Shown: positions 25,972 to 35,975 of the stretch, one piece after another | Layout of the letters: each line of letters starts with the position of its first letter | Numbering within the stretch: the first letter of the stretch is position 1 | From: Sulfurimonadaceae bacterium | Lineage (GTDB): Bacteria; Campylobacterota; Campylobacteria; Campylobacterales; Sulfurimonadaceae | Direction of reading: 5' to 3' | NCBI GenBank assembly: GCA_041548245.1 | Contig: JBFESZ010000011.1 | Span: forward strand, 1-38,494 | Length of the DNA stretch: 38,494 nucleotides | Program-made: the position numbers and the translations under genes | Notes under the pieces: generated by a model | What the model saw: only the letters and a program-made list of their open reading frames with translations | The model's database searches: none | What the model was told of the DNA's origin: nothing

Positions 25972-27396
25972 ATGTTTGAAACAGTCATCGGATTGGAAGT
26001 TCATACTCAGCTGAATACAGATACAAAACTCTTTTGCTCGTGTGCGACCAGTTTTAACGAGACGCAGAATTCCAATACCTGTCCAACCTGTTTAGCCCTT
26101 CCTGGAGCTCTTCCTGTTTTGAACAAAGAGGTTTTACATAAATCAATTATGTTCGGTACGGCGATTAATGCCACAATCAACCGAACTTCATATTTTGATA
26201 GAAAGTCCTATTTTTATCCGGATAGCCCATCTGCTTATCAGATCACTCAGCTTTACACGCCTGTTGTAGAACATGGTAAACTTGAGATTAACTTTGAAGA
26301 TGGAAGCAGTAAGGAGATACGTATCAACCGTGCACATATTGAAGCAGATGCCGGAAAGAATATTCATGATGGCCCTGTCTCAAAAGTAGACCTTAACCGT
26401 GCAGGCACACCACTTTTAGAGATTGTTTCTGAACCGGATCTCCGTTCTGCTGAAGAGGCTGTTTTGTATCTCAAGAAGTTACACTCCATTGTACGTTACA
26501 TTGATATTTCTGATGCCAATATGCAAGAGGGGTCTTTTCGTTGTGATGTCAATGTCTCTATCCGTCCCAAGGGAGATGAGAAGCTTTATACGCGTGTTGA
26601 GCTTAAAAACATCAACAGTTTCAAGTTTATCGAAAAAGCGATTGAAGTCGAGGTACAAAGACAGATAGAAGCATGGGAAGATGGTGTCTATGATGAGGAG
26701 ATAGTTCAAGAGACAAGACTCTATGATCAAGACAGGAATGAGACACGATCTATGCGTGGAAAAGAGGGTGCAGCCGATTATCGTTATTTTCCTGAACCTG
26801 ATCTTCTTCCCGCAAAGATTGATGATGAGATGTATGCCACCTATAGTAAAATCCCTGAACTTCCGGATGAAAAGCGTGATCGTTTTATTGCTGAGTACAA
26901 AATCAGCGAATATAATGCGAATGTTATCACTGCATCATTGGAGATGGCAGATTTTTTCGAGAAGATGCTGGAGCATGGAGGAACACCTAAGACAGCGACT
27001 ACCATGCTGACGGTAGAGCTTCTGGGAAGGCTAAAAGGAGGGGTGACACTTGAGACCTCTCCTGTAGATGCTATCAAGCTTGGTCAGCTCGTGAACCGTA
27101 TAGATGATCAGACGATTTCAGGTAAGGCGGCCAAAGAGGTTCTTGATTACCTGATGGAAAATGAGGGTGATGTTGACGAAGCTATTGAAAAGCTTGGACT
27201 GAAGCAGGTCACAGATCTTGGGGCTATTGAAACGATCTGTGATGAGATCATTGCAGCCAATGAAGAGAAGGCACAAGAGTACAGAAACGGTAAGGAGAAG
27301 CTTTTCGGTTTCTTTGTGGGTCAGGTTATGAAGGCGAGTAAAGGTTCTGCTAATCCACAGGCAGTCAATGAGGTCTTAAAAGCCAAACTAGGATAA
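25972..27396 (+). CDS. gatB: Asp/Glu-tRNA amidotransferase subunit B
   Basis: [62 protein letters not shown]. Start moved to ATG 25972 (AAGGA SD). Confidence 0.97.
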   Translation: MFETVIGLEVHTQLNTDTKLFCSCATSFNETQNSNTCPTCLALPGALPVLNKEVLHKSIMFGTAINATINRTSYFDRKSYFYPDSPSAYQITQLYTPVVEHGKLEINFEDGSSKEIRINRAHIEADAGKNIHDGPVSKVDLNRAGTPLLEIVSEPDLRSAEEAVLYLKKLHSIVRYIDISDANMQEGSFRCDVNVSIRPKGDEKLYTRVELKNINSFKFIEKAIEVEVQRQIEAWEDGVYDEEIVQETRLYDQDRNETRSMRGKEGAADYRYFPEPDLLPAKIDDEMYATYSKIPELPDEKRDRFIAEYKISEYNANVITASLEMADFFEKMLEHGGTPKTATTMLTVELLGRLKGGVTLETSPVDAIKLGQLVNRIDDQTISGKAAKEVLDYLMENEGDVDEAIEKLGLKQVTDLGAIETICDEIIAANEEKAQEYRNGKEKLFGFFVGQVMKASKGSANPQAVNEVLKAKLG

Positions 27397-27399
27397 GCC

Positions 27400-28962
27400 G
27401 TGGGACTCATTGCTAAAAGCTTTGTCGATCTCGCTTATTTTCTTCAAACCTCACCCTCCTATCAGAGTACAAAGAAGTTTCTCTACTCTGTTTTGGAAGA
27501 TGATACTAATCCTTATAAAAAATATTTTGATTTTACGATGATGCTTTTGATCTTATCAAGCGTCATGCTCCTGATGAGACAAGTTAAATATCCCCTTTCC
27601 GATTATGCTGTTCTTTATAATGATTATATGATTTCGTTGATCTTTTTAATCGAATATCTTTTGCGTTTTTGGGTACATAGTTCTGTTTCACAAGAGATCA
27701 TCCATCAATATGAAAAAGACGAGTTTCTAGGCTATAGGTTTCGCCTTGGTAAAGCCTTGAACAAGGCTTTAAAGGAAAAATGGCGTTATGTGAGTTCCTA
27801 TTTTGCCATTATTGATCTTTTGGCAATCATGCCGTTTTTCCATCAGTTGAGGATATTGCGTCTTTTTATACTATTTCGCGCATTCAAGATCTTTCGCTAT
27901 ACAAAAAGCCTGCAACAGTTTGCCGGTATTTTAGGGTCGATGAAATTCGAGTTCTTTACACTGATGATCTTTGCTTCTGTGATGATTTCGGTCTCATCTG
28001 TACTTATCTATGTCGCCGAGGCGAACAATACAAACTCAGCGATTAATACTATTTTTGAAGCCTTTTATTGGTCATTCGTGACACTCTCGACTGTGGGTTA
28101 CGGTGATTTTGTACCAGTGACAAGTCTAGGTCGGTCCGTTGCTATGGTGATCATAGTCTCAGGTATTGCTGTGATTTCTTTTATGACCTCTATCGTTGTT
28201 TCTGCATTAAGTCAGCAGCTCGAAGGGATCAAAGAGCAGAAGATGATCACGGATATCTCAAAGATGAAGAAGTTTTATCTTATATGCGGTTATTCGGAAG
28301 TCGCTTCTATTGTGACAAGACGACTGCAAAAAGATAATATTCCATTTGTCCTGTTGGATAAGGATCCGCAAAAAATACTCCAAGCAGGCAAGGCAAAATT
28401 GACAGCTATTTTGGCTGATCCTTCAAAACATGAGAATTATGAAAATTTTGGTATAAACATCAAAAAACAGGTGATATCGGTACTCTGCTTGGAGGATACG
28501 GATATCCAAAATATCTACACTGCTTTGACGATACGTTCTATCGATCCGAATGTCTCTATACTCTCTTATCTGCATGAGGGAAAAAACAGGAAAAAACTCT
28601 CCATAGCCGGGGTTGACAGTATTATCTATCCGCAAGAGCTGATCGGTATTTTAGCTCATGAGTTCACCGGTAAACCGGTTGCCTTTGAAGCAATCAACGC
28701 CTTGCGAAGCCAGATTGGTGATGTTGTTATTGAAGAGGTTCTGATCGATGAGCGTATTCTCAGCCAGCGAAAATGCGTCGAAGAGCTTCAGGTACATGCA
28801 TCTAAACTGACTCTTTTAGGCATCTATAGAGGCAAAGAGTTCCACTTTAATCCTAAGATGCAGATGCCCTTGGAAGATAATGATATTTTGGTGATGATCG
28901 GTGCTGAACAAATGATCAAAGAGTTTTCTCTTAATCTTCATAAGAAAAGAGCTATGAAATGA
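27400..28962 (+). CDS. Six-TM potassium channel with C-terminal RCK (TrkA-N/C) domains
   Basis: S4-like LRILRLFILFRAFKIFR, pore FYWSFVTLSTVGYGD, then RCK domain; GTG start. Confidence 0.9.
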   Translation: MGLIAKSFVDLAYFLQTSPSYQSTKKFLYSVLEDDTNPYKKYFDFTMMLLILSSVMLLMRQVKYPLSDYAVLYNDYMISLIFLIEYLLRFWVHSSVSQEIIHQYEKDEFLGYRFRLGKALNKALKEKWRYVSSYFAIIDLLAIMPFFHQLRILRLFILFRAFKIFRYTKSLQQFAGILGSMKFEFFTLMIFASVMISVSSVLIYVAEANNTNSAINTIFEAFYWSFVTLSTVGYGDFVPVTSLGRSVAMVIIVSGIAVISFMTSIVVSALSQQLEGIKEQKMITDISKMKKFYLICGYSEVASIVTRRLQKDNIPFVLLDKDPQKILQAGKAKLTAILADPSKHENYENFGINIKKQVISVLCLEDTDIQNIYTALTIRSIDPNVSILSYLHEGKNRKKLSIAGVDSIIYPQELIGILAHEFTGKPVAFEAINALRSQIGDVVIEEVLIDERILSQRKCVEELQVHASKLTLLGIYRGKEFHFNPKMQMPLEDNDILVMIGAEQMIKEFSLNLHKKRAMK

Positions 28963-29645
28963 ATCCCATTGCAGTGTTTGGATATAATGAATATGCTAAA
29001 GAGATCGCTTCCAACTTCAAAGCATCCGGTATAGAAGTCTATGTCTATGTGATTGATGAAACAAGTCTAAAACGAGCGAGTGAAGATGGACATGATGTCG
29101 AAATCGTTGAACTTGATGATAACTGGCTTAATATCGCAGAGAAATTTGATAGGGATAAACTGACCTGTTTTTGTGCCCTTGATGACGATGCACAAAATGT
29201 CTTTTTAACGATATCGCTGCGTGCAGAATTTTCTGATCTGCTTATCATCGCTTTGGCAAACTCAAAAGACAGTGCGAACAAACTGTCGCTTGCAGGTGCC
29301 AACAAGGCAATCGCAAAACTTGAGACAACAGCAAATATAATTGTCGAGTACTTGGAAAAACCGGCTGTTGTAGAAGTTATGAATGATATCTTATACCATA
29401 GTAAAGATTTAAAACTGGCTCAGTACACCATTAGCGAGAATTCTGTCTTGGCTCAGATGAAACTGCATGATATCACACTTCATAATGAGTTTGATATTAT
29501 TATTTTAGCTATTGCGGACAAAGAACTTGAAACAGAATTCACCTTTACTTCTACGGGACATAATCATATGATCGACCCAGGAGATGTTTTGGTCGTTATG
29601 GGTAAAGAAGAGAATCTTAAAAAATTTGAAAAGGCAATACAGTAA
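28959..29645 (+). CDS. Soluble RCK (TrkA-N/TrkA-C) protein
   Basis: Rossmann start IAVFGYNEYA, DDAQNVFLTISLR, KLSLAGAN, C-terminal PGDVLVVMG; ATGA overlap with the channel gene. Confidence 0.85.
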   Translation: MNPIAVFGYNEYAKEIASNFKASGIEVYVYVIDETSLKRASEDGHDVEIVELDDNWLNIAEKFDRDKLTCFCALDDDAQNVFLTISLRAEFSDLLIIALANSKDSANKLSLAGANKAIAKLETTANIIVEYLEKPAVVEVMNDILYHSKDLKLAQYTISENSVLAQMKLHDITLHNEFDIIILAIADKELETEFTFTSTGHNHMIDPGDVLVVMGKEENLKKFEKAIQ

Positions 29646-30538
29646 TGGCAAAAATCGGTGTTATCGGTGCAGGAAAGTGGGGTACAGCTCTGGCTTTCGC
29701 TTTAAGTGAAAATCATGAGGTCTATATTACTTCAAGACGGCCTCGTGATTTGAATAACTTTGTAAGCTTAGAAGAGATATTAAAATTGAAATATCTGGTG
29801 ATCGCTATTCCGGCTCAGCAGATCAGCCAGTGGTTAGAAGAGAACTTCGTCTATAATAACCAAAAGGTATTGGTTGCCGCAAAAGGTATAGAAGCGAGCA
29901 CAGGAAGGTTCTTGAACGAGATATATGCACCTTATGTCCCTGAAGAGAACATCTGTTTTCTCTCTGGCCCTTCTTTTGCGGCAGAAGTGATGAAAAGTTT
30001 GCCCACTGCCCTTGTGATCAATAGTGTCAGTGATGAGACTGCAATTGAGTTTTCAAACTTTTTTCCCTCTTTTATAAAGACCTATATCTCAAATGATGTG
30101 ACAGGAGCAGAGATTGCTGGTGCTTATAAAAATGTCATTGCTATTGCAGCAGGGATTTGTGAAGGTCTTGGCTTAGGCAAGAATGCAGCGGCAAGCCTGA
30201 TATCGCGTGGTTTGGTAGAGATGGAGCGTTTTGGGAAGCATTACGGTGCCCACTCTGAAACCTTCACCGGCCTTAGCGGAGCGGGTGATCTCTTCTTGAC
30301 CGCAAGTTCGACGATGTCACGAAATTTCAGGGTAGGTCTCGGCCTGGCCAAAGGAGAATCTCAGGAGGCGATTTTAAAAGAGCTTGGCGAGGTGGCAGAA
30401 GGTATAGGTACGAGTTATGCCTTGCATAAGATCATTGAAAAAGAGGGAATTTATCTTCCAATAGCGAAAGAGGTCTATCAGATTTTGGCAGAAGGGAAAA
30501 CTCCTCATCATAGTCTTCGCGATCTCTTGGGACAATAG
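29645..30538 (+). CDS. gpsA: NAD(P)H-dependent glycerol-3-phosphate dehydrogenase
   Basis: GAGKWGTALA, AAKGIE, LSGPSFAAEV, GAYKNVIAIAAG, GLSGAGDLFLT..S..SRN, VAEG. Confidence 0.96.
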   Translation: MAKIGVIGAGKWGTALAFALSENHEVYITSRRPRDLNNFVSLEEILKLKYLVIAIPAQQISQWLEENFVYNNQKVLVAAKGIEASTGRFLNEIYAPYVPEENICFLSGPSFAAEVMKSLPTALVINSVSDETAIEFSNFFPSFIKTYISNDVTGAEIAGAYKNVIAIAAGICEGLGLGKNAAASLISRGLVEMERFGKHYGAHSETFTGLSGAGDLFLTASSTMSRNFRVGLGLAKGESQEAILKELGEVAEGIGTSYALHKIIEKEGIYLPIAKEVYQILAEGKTPHHSLRDLLGQ

Positions 30539-30708
30539 TTTGCATGCTGTTGCATTTAAAAAAAATCTCAAAGAAGCAGATGGTAAAATGGATAAAAACA
30601 CTTTGATGATAATGAGCTTAGCACAAGTGTAAAAGCCCAGTGTAAGTATGTTTTTAAGCCCCATTCATCTTGCATCAGAAAAGGCTAAGGCAAGTGATAA
30701 GCTTGCTG

Positions 30709-30717
30709 TGGTATAAT
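30709..30717 (+). promoter_or_regulatory. Extended -10 promoter (TGnTATAAT) for the ispB-hemA-proS gene run
   Basis: TGGTATAAT at 30709-30717, about 108 nt upstream of the first ATG. Confidence 0.65.
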
Positions 30718-30824
30718 CTGAAAATTTTTATAAGAAGAAGTATAAATTATGAGTAGATATCGAGCTCACTTAAGCAACACTTATTATGTTGTATAAGTAA
30801 ACGGCTCTTTCTAAAAGCGAGTAG

Positions 30825-31238
30825 ATGAAAAAGATTATAGTTCTATGTATCTTTTTTGCTTCTTTTCTAGAAGCGGCGGAATGGAACTATTCTAAAGAGG
30901 TCCGTCTGGGCAAAGATCAGCTGCAGACGGTTCTGGTAAGAGAAAAAGAAGCACTTAGAGTGTTGAGATTCAGATGGACTCTGTATGCAGCAGAGGGATT
31001 GGTGATACATCTGAATTTCAATGACAGGGCATCACAGTTTATTTTGTATCAGCATTATAAGAAGAATGCCTTTAAGATTCCTCTCTTATCTAAAACATCA
31101 GCGTATAATCGTGTTCCATACTTATACCTCGTTTTTAAAAAGTTTGATTATAAGAGCAAGCAAGCATACTTTGATATTTTGATTGATGATCCAGAAAAAA
31201 GAGCGCTTATTGAAGTTAAGCCATTGAGAGAGAATTAG
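30825..31238 (+). CDS. Exported hypothetical protein
   Basis: Signal peptide MKKIIVLCIFFASFLEA; FRWTLY motif; stop overlaps the ispB GTG. Confidence 0.75.
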   Translation: MKKIIVLCIFFASFLEAAEWNYSKEVRLGKDQLQTVLVREKEALRVLRFRWTLYAAEGLVIHLNFNDRASQFILYQHYKKNAFKIPLLSKTSAYNRVPYLYLVFKKFDYKSKQAYFDILIDDPEKRALIEVKPLREN

Positions 31239-32143
31239 TGAGAGAACCCTTAGAAGCAGTTGAACATTGCATGCAGACATGGATTGATGAGTTGGATAAT
31301 GGTGATATTAGCACACTTTATACGCATCTTCCAAAAGGTAAACGTTTACGAGCCAAGCTAGTCTTGAAAATAGCTGGCAGTAGCGACGAAGCGATCAAAC
31401 TTGCGGCTATCATCGAATTGATCCATGCTGCGAGCTTATTGCATGATGATGTTATCGATGAAGCGATGACACGTCGTGGGGTGACTTCGATCAATGCAAC
31501 AGATGGCAGTAAGATTGCCGTGATGATGGGGGACATCCTCTATTCAAAAGCTTATACCCAATTAGTCTCTTATGATACTCGCATAGCCCAATCGGTAGCT
31601 AAAGCTGTAACGGTACTCTCAATCGGTGAGTATATCGATGTTAAAATGGGTGAACGTTTTAATTCGGATGAGAACGCTTATCTTGATATGATCTATAAAA
31701 AAACAGCTTCCTTAATTGAAGCAACAGCCTATTGTGCTGCTATACTCAGTGGTAAAGATGAAGTGAGTTATGGAGTCTACGGTAAAAACCTTGGTCTTTC
31801 TTTTCAGATCATTGATGATATCCTCGATATCGTATCGGATGAAAAGACACTGGGAAAACCAGCTTTAAACGACTATAAAGAGGGCAAGACAACATTACCT
31901 TATATATATCTCTATGAAATTATGGATGCACAAGATAGAGAAAGATTGATGGCGGCTCATGGCAAAAGTCTTGATGCCGAAGAGTTGACTTGGATCAAGG
32001 AGCAGATGAAGGTAAACAAAACGGTCGAGCAGTCCTATGCTCTTGCACAGCGATTAAGTGATGAAGCTGTTCAAGCCGTGGCTGTGTATGATGAAGTGGA
32101 ACTGATCGCTATCATAAAAGAGATGATGGAAAGAGAGTTCTAA
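31238..32143 (+). CDS. ispB: Polyprenyl (octaprenyl) diphosphate synthase
   Basis: GKRLRA, IHAASLLHDDVID..RRG, YKKTASL, FQIIDDILD, LGKP..D..EGKTTLP. Confidence 0.9.
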   Translation: MREPLEAVEHCMQTWIDELDNGDISTLYTHLPKGKRLRAKLVLKIAGSSDEAIKLAAIIELIHAASLLHDDVIDEAMTRRGVTSINATDGSKIAVMMGDILYSKAYTQLVSYDTRIAQSVAKAVTVLSIGEYIDVKMGERFNSDENAYLDMIYKKTASLIEATAYCAAILSGKDEVSYGVYGKNLGLSFQIIDDILDIVSDEKTLGKPALNDYKEGKTTLPYIYLYEIMDAQDRERLMAAHGKSLDAEELTWIKEQMKVNKTVEQSYALAQRLSDEAVQAVAVYDEVELIAIIKEMMEREF

Positions 32144-33432
32144 TGCATTATTTACTGATTAGTTTTTCGCATCATAACTCTACATTGGAGATCCGTGAAA
32201 AGCTGGCTCTTAATGCTGAAGCAGAAGTAAGGGTCTGCCTTGAAAAGATGACAAGTCATCCGGCTATCAATGAGGCTTTGATCGTCTCGACCTGTAACCG
32301 TCTTGAAGTATTGGCATCGGTTAAATCTGTTTCAGAGGCAACCGAGTATATATTCTTTATTTTGAATTCAAACTCAAAGATTTCTATTGAAGAGCTTGAA
32401 GGTCGTGCGGATGTCTTTGAAGACCAAGGTGCGATGCATCACCTTTTCAATGTCGCAGCTTCGCTTGATTCCATGGTCGTAGGAGAGACACAGATAGCAG
32501 GTCAGTTAAAAGAGGCTTATCGGTTCTCCTATGATAATGGTTTTTGTGCCCAAAAACTATCCCGTGCCATGCATTATGCCTTTAAATGCGCTGCAGAAGT
32601 ACGTAATGCCAGTTCTATCTCGTCAAAGCCCGTCTCTATAGCCAGTGTGGCTGTGGCCAAGGCAAAACAAGAGTTTGATAATATTGAAAGGAAAAAGGCT
32701 TTGATTATCGGTGCAGGTGAGATGAGCCGTTTGTGTGCAAAGCATCTCTCTTCAGCAGGTTGTGAATGTACTATTATTAACAGAACCTATGCCAAAGCGA
32801 AAGAGATTGCTGATGAATGTGGTGAACTTGTCACTGCAAGGGAGTATAGTGAGCTCAAAGAGACTATCAATGGATATGAGCTTATTTTTACGGCGACAGG
32901 GGCTGCTTATCCTGTCATCACATGCGATATGGTTGAAAATTGTTCTTTTGAACGTCATTGGTTTGACATGGCGATTCCAAGAGACATTGATGATTGTGAT
33001 ATACACGGTCTGACTATTCATAGAATTGATGATTTGAAAAATATTGTCAGTGAAAACCTGGCACTTCGTGAAGATGAGGCAAAGTTGTGTTACAGCATTG
33101 TCGGTCGCTACACGATTGAGTTCTTTGAATGGTTGCAGTCTTTGTCTGTAGAACCCTTTATCAAGGGGATATACCAAAAAGCGATGCAGTGTGCCAAAGT
33201 GGAAACAGATCGTGTCATAGATAAGGGGTTTATTCCAAGAGAGTATGAATCAGAAGCTTTAAAAATGAATGAACAGGTACTCAAACGTTTCTTGCATGAT
33301 ATGAGTAAACGTATGCGTCAAATGTCGATGAACGTTGAATCGGATACATTGATCGAATCAATGAAATATCTTTTTGATCATGATGATGATTCTATTAAAG
33401 ATGCACCCAATGCATATAAATGTGATAATTAA
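32143..33432 (+). CDS. hemA: Glutamyl-tRNA reductase
   Basis: STCNRLE catalytic Cys, SLDSMVVGETQIAGQ, IIGAGEM, DMAIPRDI. Confidence 0.96.
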   Translation: MHYLLISFSHHNSTLEIREKLALNAEAEVRVCLEKMTSHPAINEALIVSTCNRLEVLASVKSVSEATEYIFFILNSNSKISIEELEGRADVFEDQGAMHHLFNVAASLDSMVVGETQIAGQLKEAYRFSYDNGFCAQKLSRAMHYAFKCAAEVRNASSISSKPVSIASVAVAKAKQEFDNIERKKALIIGAGEMSRLCAKHLSSAGCECTIINRTYAKAKEIADECGELVTAREYSELKETINGYELIFTATGAAYPVITCDMVENCSFERHWFDMAIPRDIDDCDIHGLTIHRIDDLKNIVSENLALREDEAKLCYSIVGRYTIEFFEWLQSLSVEPFIKGIYQKAMQCAKVETDRVIDKGFIPREYESEALKMNEQVLKRFLHDMSKRMRQMSMNVESDTLIESMKYLFDHDDDSIKDAPNAYKCDN

Positions 33433-33446
33433 AAAGAAGGTAAAAA

Positions 33447-34757
33447 ATGAGATTTTCTAGACTATATGCTCCAACAACGAAAGAAGCACCGAAAGATGCT
33501 GTGCTGGCAAGCCATATCTATCTTTCACGTGCAGGATTCATATCCCAAGTGGCTAGTGGATTATATAACTACCTGCCGTTGGGAAAAAGAGTTTTGAAAA
33601 AGATCGAAGCTGTTATCAATGAGGAGATGACAAAAGCTCATGCACAGGAAGTGGAATTGAGTTTTGTAACACCGATAGAGTTTTGGGAAGAGAGTGGACG
33701 TGCGGATAAGTTTGGTAAAGAGCTTCTGCGTTTTAAAGACCGAAAAGAGAACACCTTTGTTTTAGGCCCGACCCATGAAGAGATGATGGTCAATATTGTC
33801 AGAAACAGGGTGACTTCATATAAACAGCTTCCTCTTAATTTGTATCAGATTAAAACTAAGTTCCGTGATGAAGCGCGTCCGCGTTTTGGTGTGATGCGTG
33901 GACGCGAGTTCTTGATGAAGGACGGATATAGTTTCCATACTTCATATGAAGACCTTGATCGGGAGTTTGATACGATGGAGGAGAGTTATAAGACTATCCT
34001 TAGACGTTTAGGTCTGGAGTTTAGGATTGTTGAAGCAGACAGCGGTGCTATTGGTGGATCAGGCTCTAAAGAACTTATGGTGTTGGCTGAGAGCGGAGAG
34101 GATACGGTTGCTGTATGTGATTCTTGCGAATATGGAGCGAATATTGAGGTCTTTATGGATCTGGAAAATGAAGATGAAAACCAGGAAGAGATAGTCTATA
34201 CAGATATCAAGGATCTTAAAGGTGATGACAACTGTCCGCATTGTTCGGGTAAACTTTCATTGACTAAAGGGATAGAAGTCGGGCATATTTTTAAACTCGG
34301 TACGACGTACTCCAAGCCTTTAGGTTGTACTTATCTGGATGAGAACGGCAAGTCCCAAGACATGATCATGGGAACATACGGGATGGGAGTATCACGTCTT
34401 ATGGCAGCTGTTATTGAGCAGCATAATGATGAGCGGGGGTGTATTTGGACACTTGCAACAGCCCCTTATACGGTAAATATCCTCATCTCAAACATTAAAG
34501 ACGATGATCAAGTAGCATATGCAGAAAAATTGTATGATGAACTCTCGACTCAAGGCGTTGAAGTTATCCTTGATGATAGAAAAGAACGTTTTGGATTTAA
34601 GATGAAAGATGCAGAGTTGATAGGTTTTCCATATACGGTAATCGTAGGAAAGAATCTTGAAGAAGGTCTTGTGCAGATTGCACCAAGAGCTTCCGAAGAG
34701 AAGATTGAAGTAAAACTTGATGAAGCTTCAGATAAAATAAAAGAGATGCTTGGATGA
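33447..34757 (+). CDS. proS: Proline--tRNA ligase, bacterial type, lacking the INS editing domain (436 aa)
   Basis: LGPTHEE, motif 2 [34 protein letters not shown], motif 3 YGMGVSR, anticodon domain [15 protein letters not shown]. Confidence 0.96.
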   Translation: MRFSRLYAPTTKEAPKDAVLASHIYLSRAGFISQVASGLYNYLPLGKRVLKKIEAVINEEMTKAHAQEVELSFVTPIEFWEESGRADKFGKELLRFKDRKENTFVLGPTHEEMMVNIVRNRVTSYKQLPLNLYQIKTKFRDEARPRFGVMRGREFLMKDGYSFHTSYEDLDREFDTMEESYKTILRRLGLEFRIVEADSGAIGGSGSKELMVLAESGEDTVAVCDSCEYGANIEVFMDLENEDENQEEIVYTDIKDLKGDDNCPHCSGKLSLTKGIEVGHIFKLGTTYSKPLGCTYLDENGKSQDMIMGTYGMGVSRLMAAVIEQHNDERGCIWTLATAPYTVNILISNIKDDDQVAYAEKLYDELSTQGVEVILDDRKERFGFKMKDAELIGFPYTVIVGKNLEEGLVQIAPRASEEKIEVKLDEASDKIKEMLG

Positions 34758-35167
34758 TCTATCTCTTCTTTGCCTATCTTTTTGTGGAGGTATTGCTCTC
34801 TGTCCAAGTGGCCAATGTATTGGGTGGTCTAGGGGTTTTTTCCGAGATCATGCTCTCGGGGTTTGTAGGACTGGCGCTTCTTTTGAATGTCAAAACAACG
34901 ATGGTAGAGAGTCTAAAAGCGATGTCAAATAACTGTATTACCATGCAGGAGTTTCAAGAACTGAACATCTTTGCACTGTTAGGTGCCGTTTTATTGATCT
35001 TGCCTGGTATTTTGAGTGATGTCATCGGTATATTGATGCAGTTCTCTGTATTTACGGCTCTTATTGTCAGTCGGTTTAATAAAAACAATGGTGGATGTAA
35101 AACAACACAAGGAGAAGATAATGTCATTGATGCAGAAATTATTAGTAACGATAATCGCCTTAACTAG
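34754..35167 (+). CDS. fxsA: FxsA family membrane protein
   Basis: [13 protein letters not shown] and C-terminal VIDAEII; ATGA overlap with proS. Confidence 0.85.
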   Translation: MIYLFFAYLFVEVLLSVQVANVLGGLGVFSEIMLSGFVGLALLLNVKTTMVESLKAMSNNCITMQEFQELNIFALLGAVLLILPGILSDVIGILMQFSVFTALIVSRFNKNNGGCKTTQGEDNVIDAEIISNDNRLN

Positions 35168-35960
35168 CCTTATAAGTGCAGATGAAGCACAGGTTAAGTC
35201 ATTTTTACAAAAAGGGATTGGTTCAAACCCTAATATCACTTCTTTAGATATCTCTGTCGTTGATAAGATACCTCTGGATGAACCGGACGGATGGGAAGCG
35301 TATATCATTCAGTTAAAAGGCACAGCTAAGATCGGTGGTCAGGCAAAGCCTATCTCGCAACGTTCTATCTATTTTGTGGGAGATGGCCTGATTACTCCTG
35401 AATTGTACGATCTAAAGACAGGAGAAAAACTCAATTCTAAGATCTCACCTGCGTTTAAAGCACAATATTATGATGAACAACATAAACTTTTTGGCAATAG
35501 CGATGCTAAGCATAAGGTCGTAGTGTTCTCTGACCCTTTATGTCCGTTCTGTCGCTCTTATGTCCCTGAAGCACTCGAATATATGAAACAGTATCCTTCT
35601 ACATTTGAAGTGTTCTATTATCATTTTCCATTGCAGTCGTTACACCCTGCAGCAGTTCATCTGGTAAAAGCAGCTATAGTTGCGGAGATGAACGGGCATA
35701 CAGATGTGCTCGGCAATCTGTATAAAGTCAAAGTGGACGGACGAGAGAAGGATATTCAAAAGATCCTTGATGCCTTCAATAAAGTCCAAGGTACAAAGAT
35801 AACGCAAAAAGATATTACTGCCCCGGCTGTGACTAAGCAACTTGAACATGGGATGAAGGTGGCGGAAGAACATTTGGTCAACGGTACGCCGACTGTGTTT
35901 TTCGACGGAACAAAAGATACGAGTAAATTAAAATATAAAACTGTAAAAATAGCAAAATAA
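35121..35960 (+). CDS. Periplasmic Dsb-family thiol-disulfide oxidoreductase (279 aa)
   Basis: Start moved to ATG 35121 (AAGGAG SD, signal peptide). FSDPLCPFC, HFPL..LHP, cis-Pro NGTP; extra N-terminal domain. Confidence 0.88.
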   Translation: MSLMQKLLVTIIALTSLISADEAQVKSFLQKGIGSNPNITSLDISVVDKIPLDEPDGWEAYIIQLKGTAKIGGQAKPISQRSIYFVGDGLITPELYDLKTGEKLNSKISPAFKAQYYDEQHKLFGNSDAKHKVVVFSDPLCPFCRSYVPEALEYMKQYPSTFEVFYYHFPLQSLHPAAVHLVKAAIVAEMNGHTDVLGNLYKVKVDGREKDIQKILDAFNKVQGTKITQKDITAPAVTKQLEHGMKVAEEHLVNGTPTVFFDGTKDTSKLKYKTVKIAK

Positions 35961-35975
35961 ACGATAGGAAGAGTA

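Noticed and set aside
30540..30632. 30-codon TTG ORF after gpsA (LHAVAFKKNLKEADGK...)
   Set aside because: Weak start and no TM segment or motif; cannot be distinguished from chance.
30374..30664. 96-aa minus-strand ORF after gpsA
   Set aside because: Overlaps gpsA antisense by 165 nt; no SD or motif.
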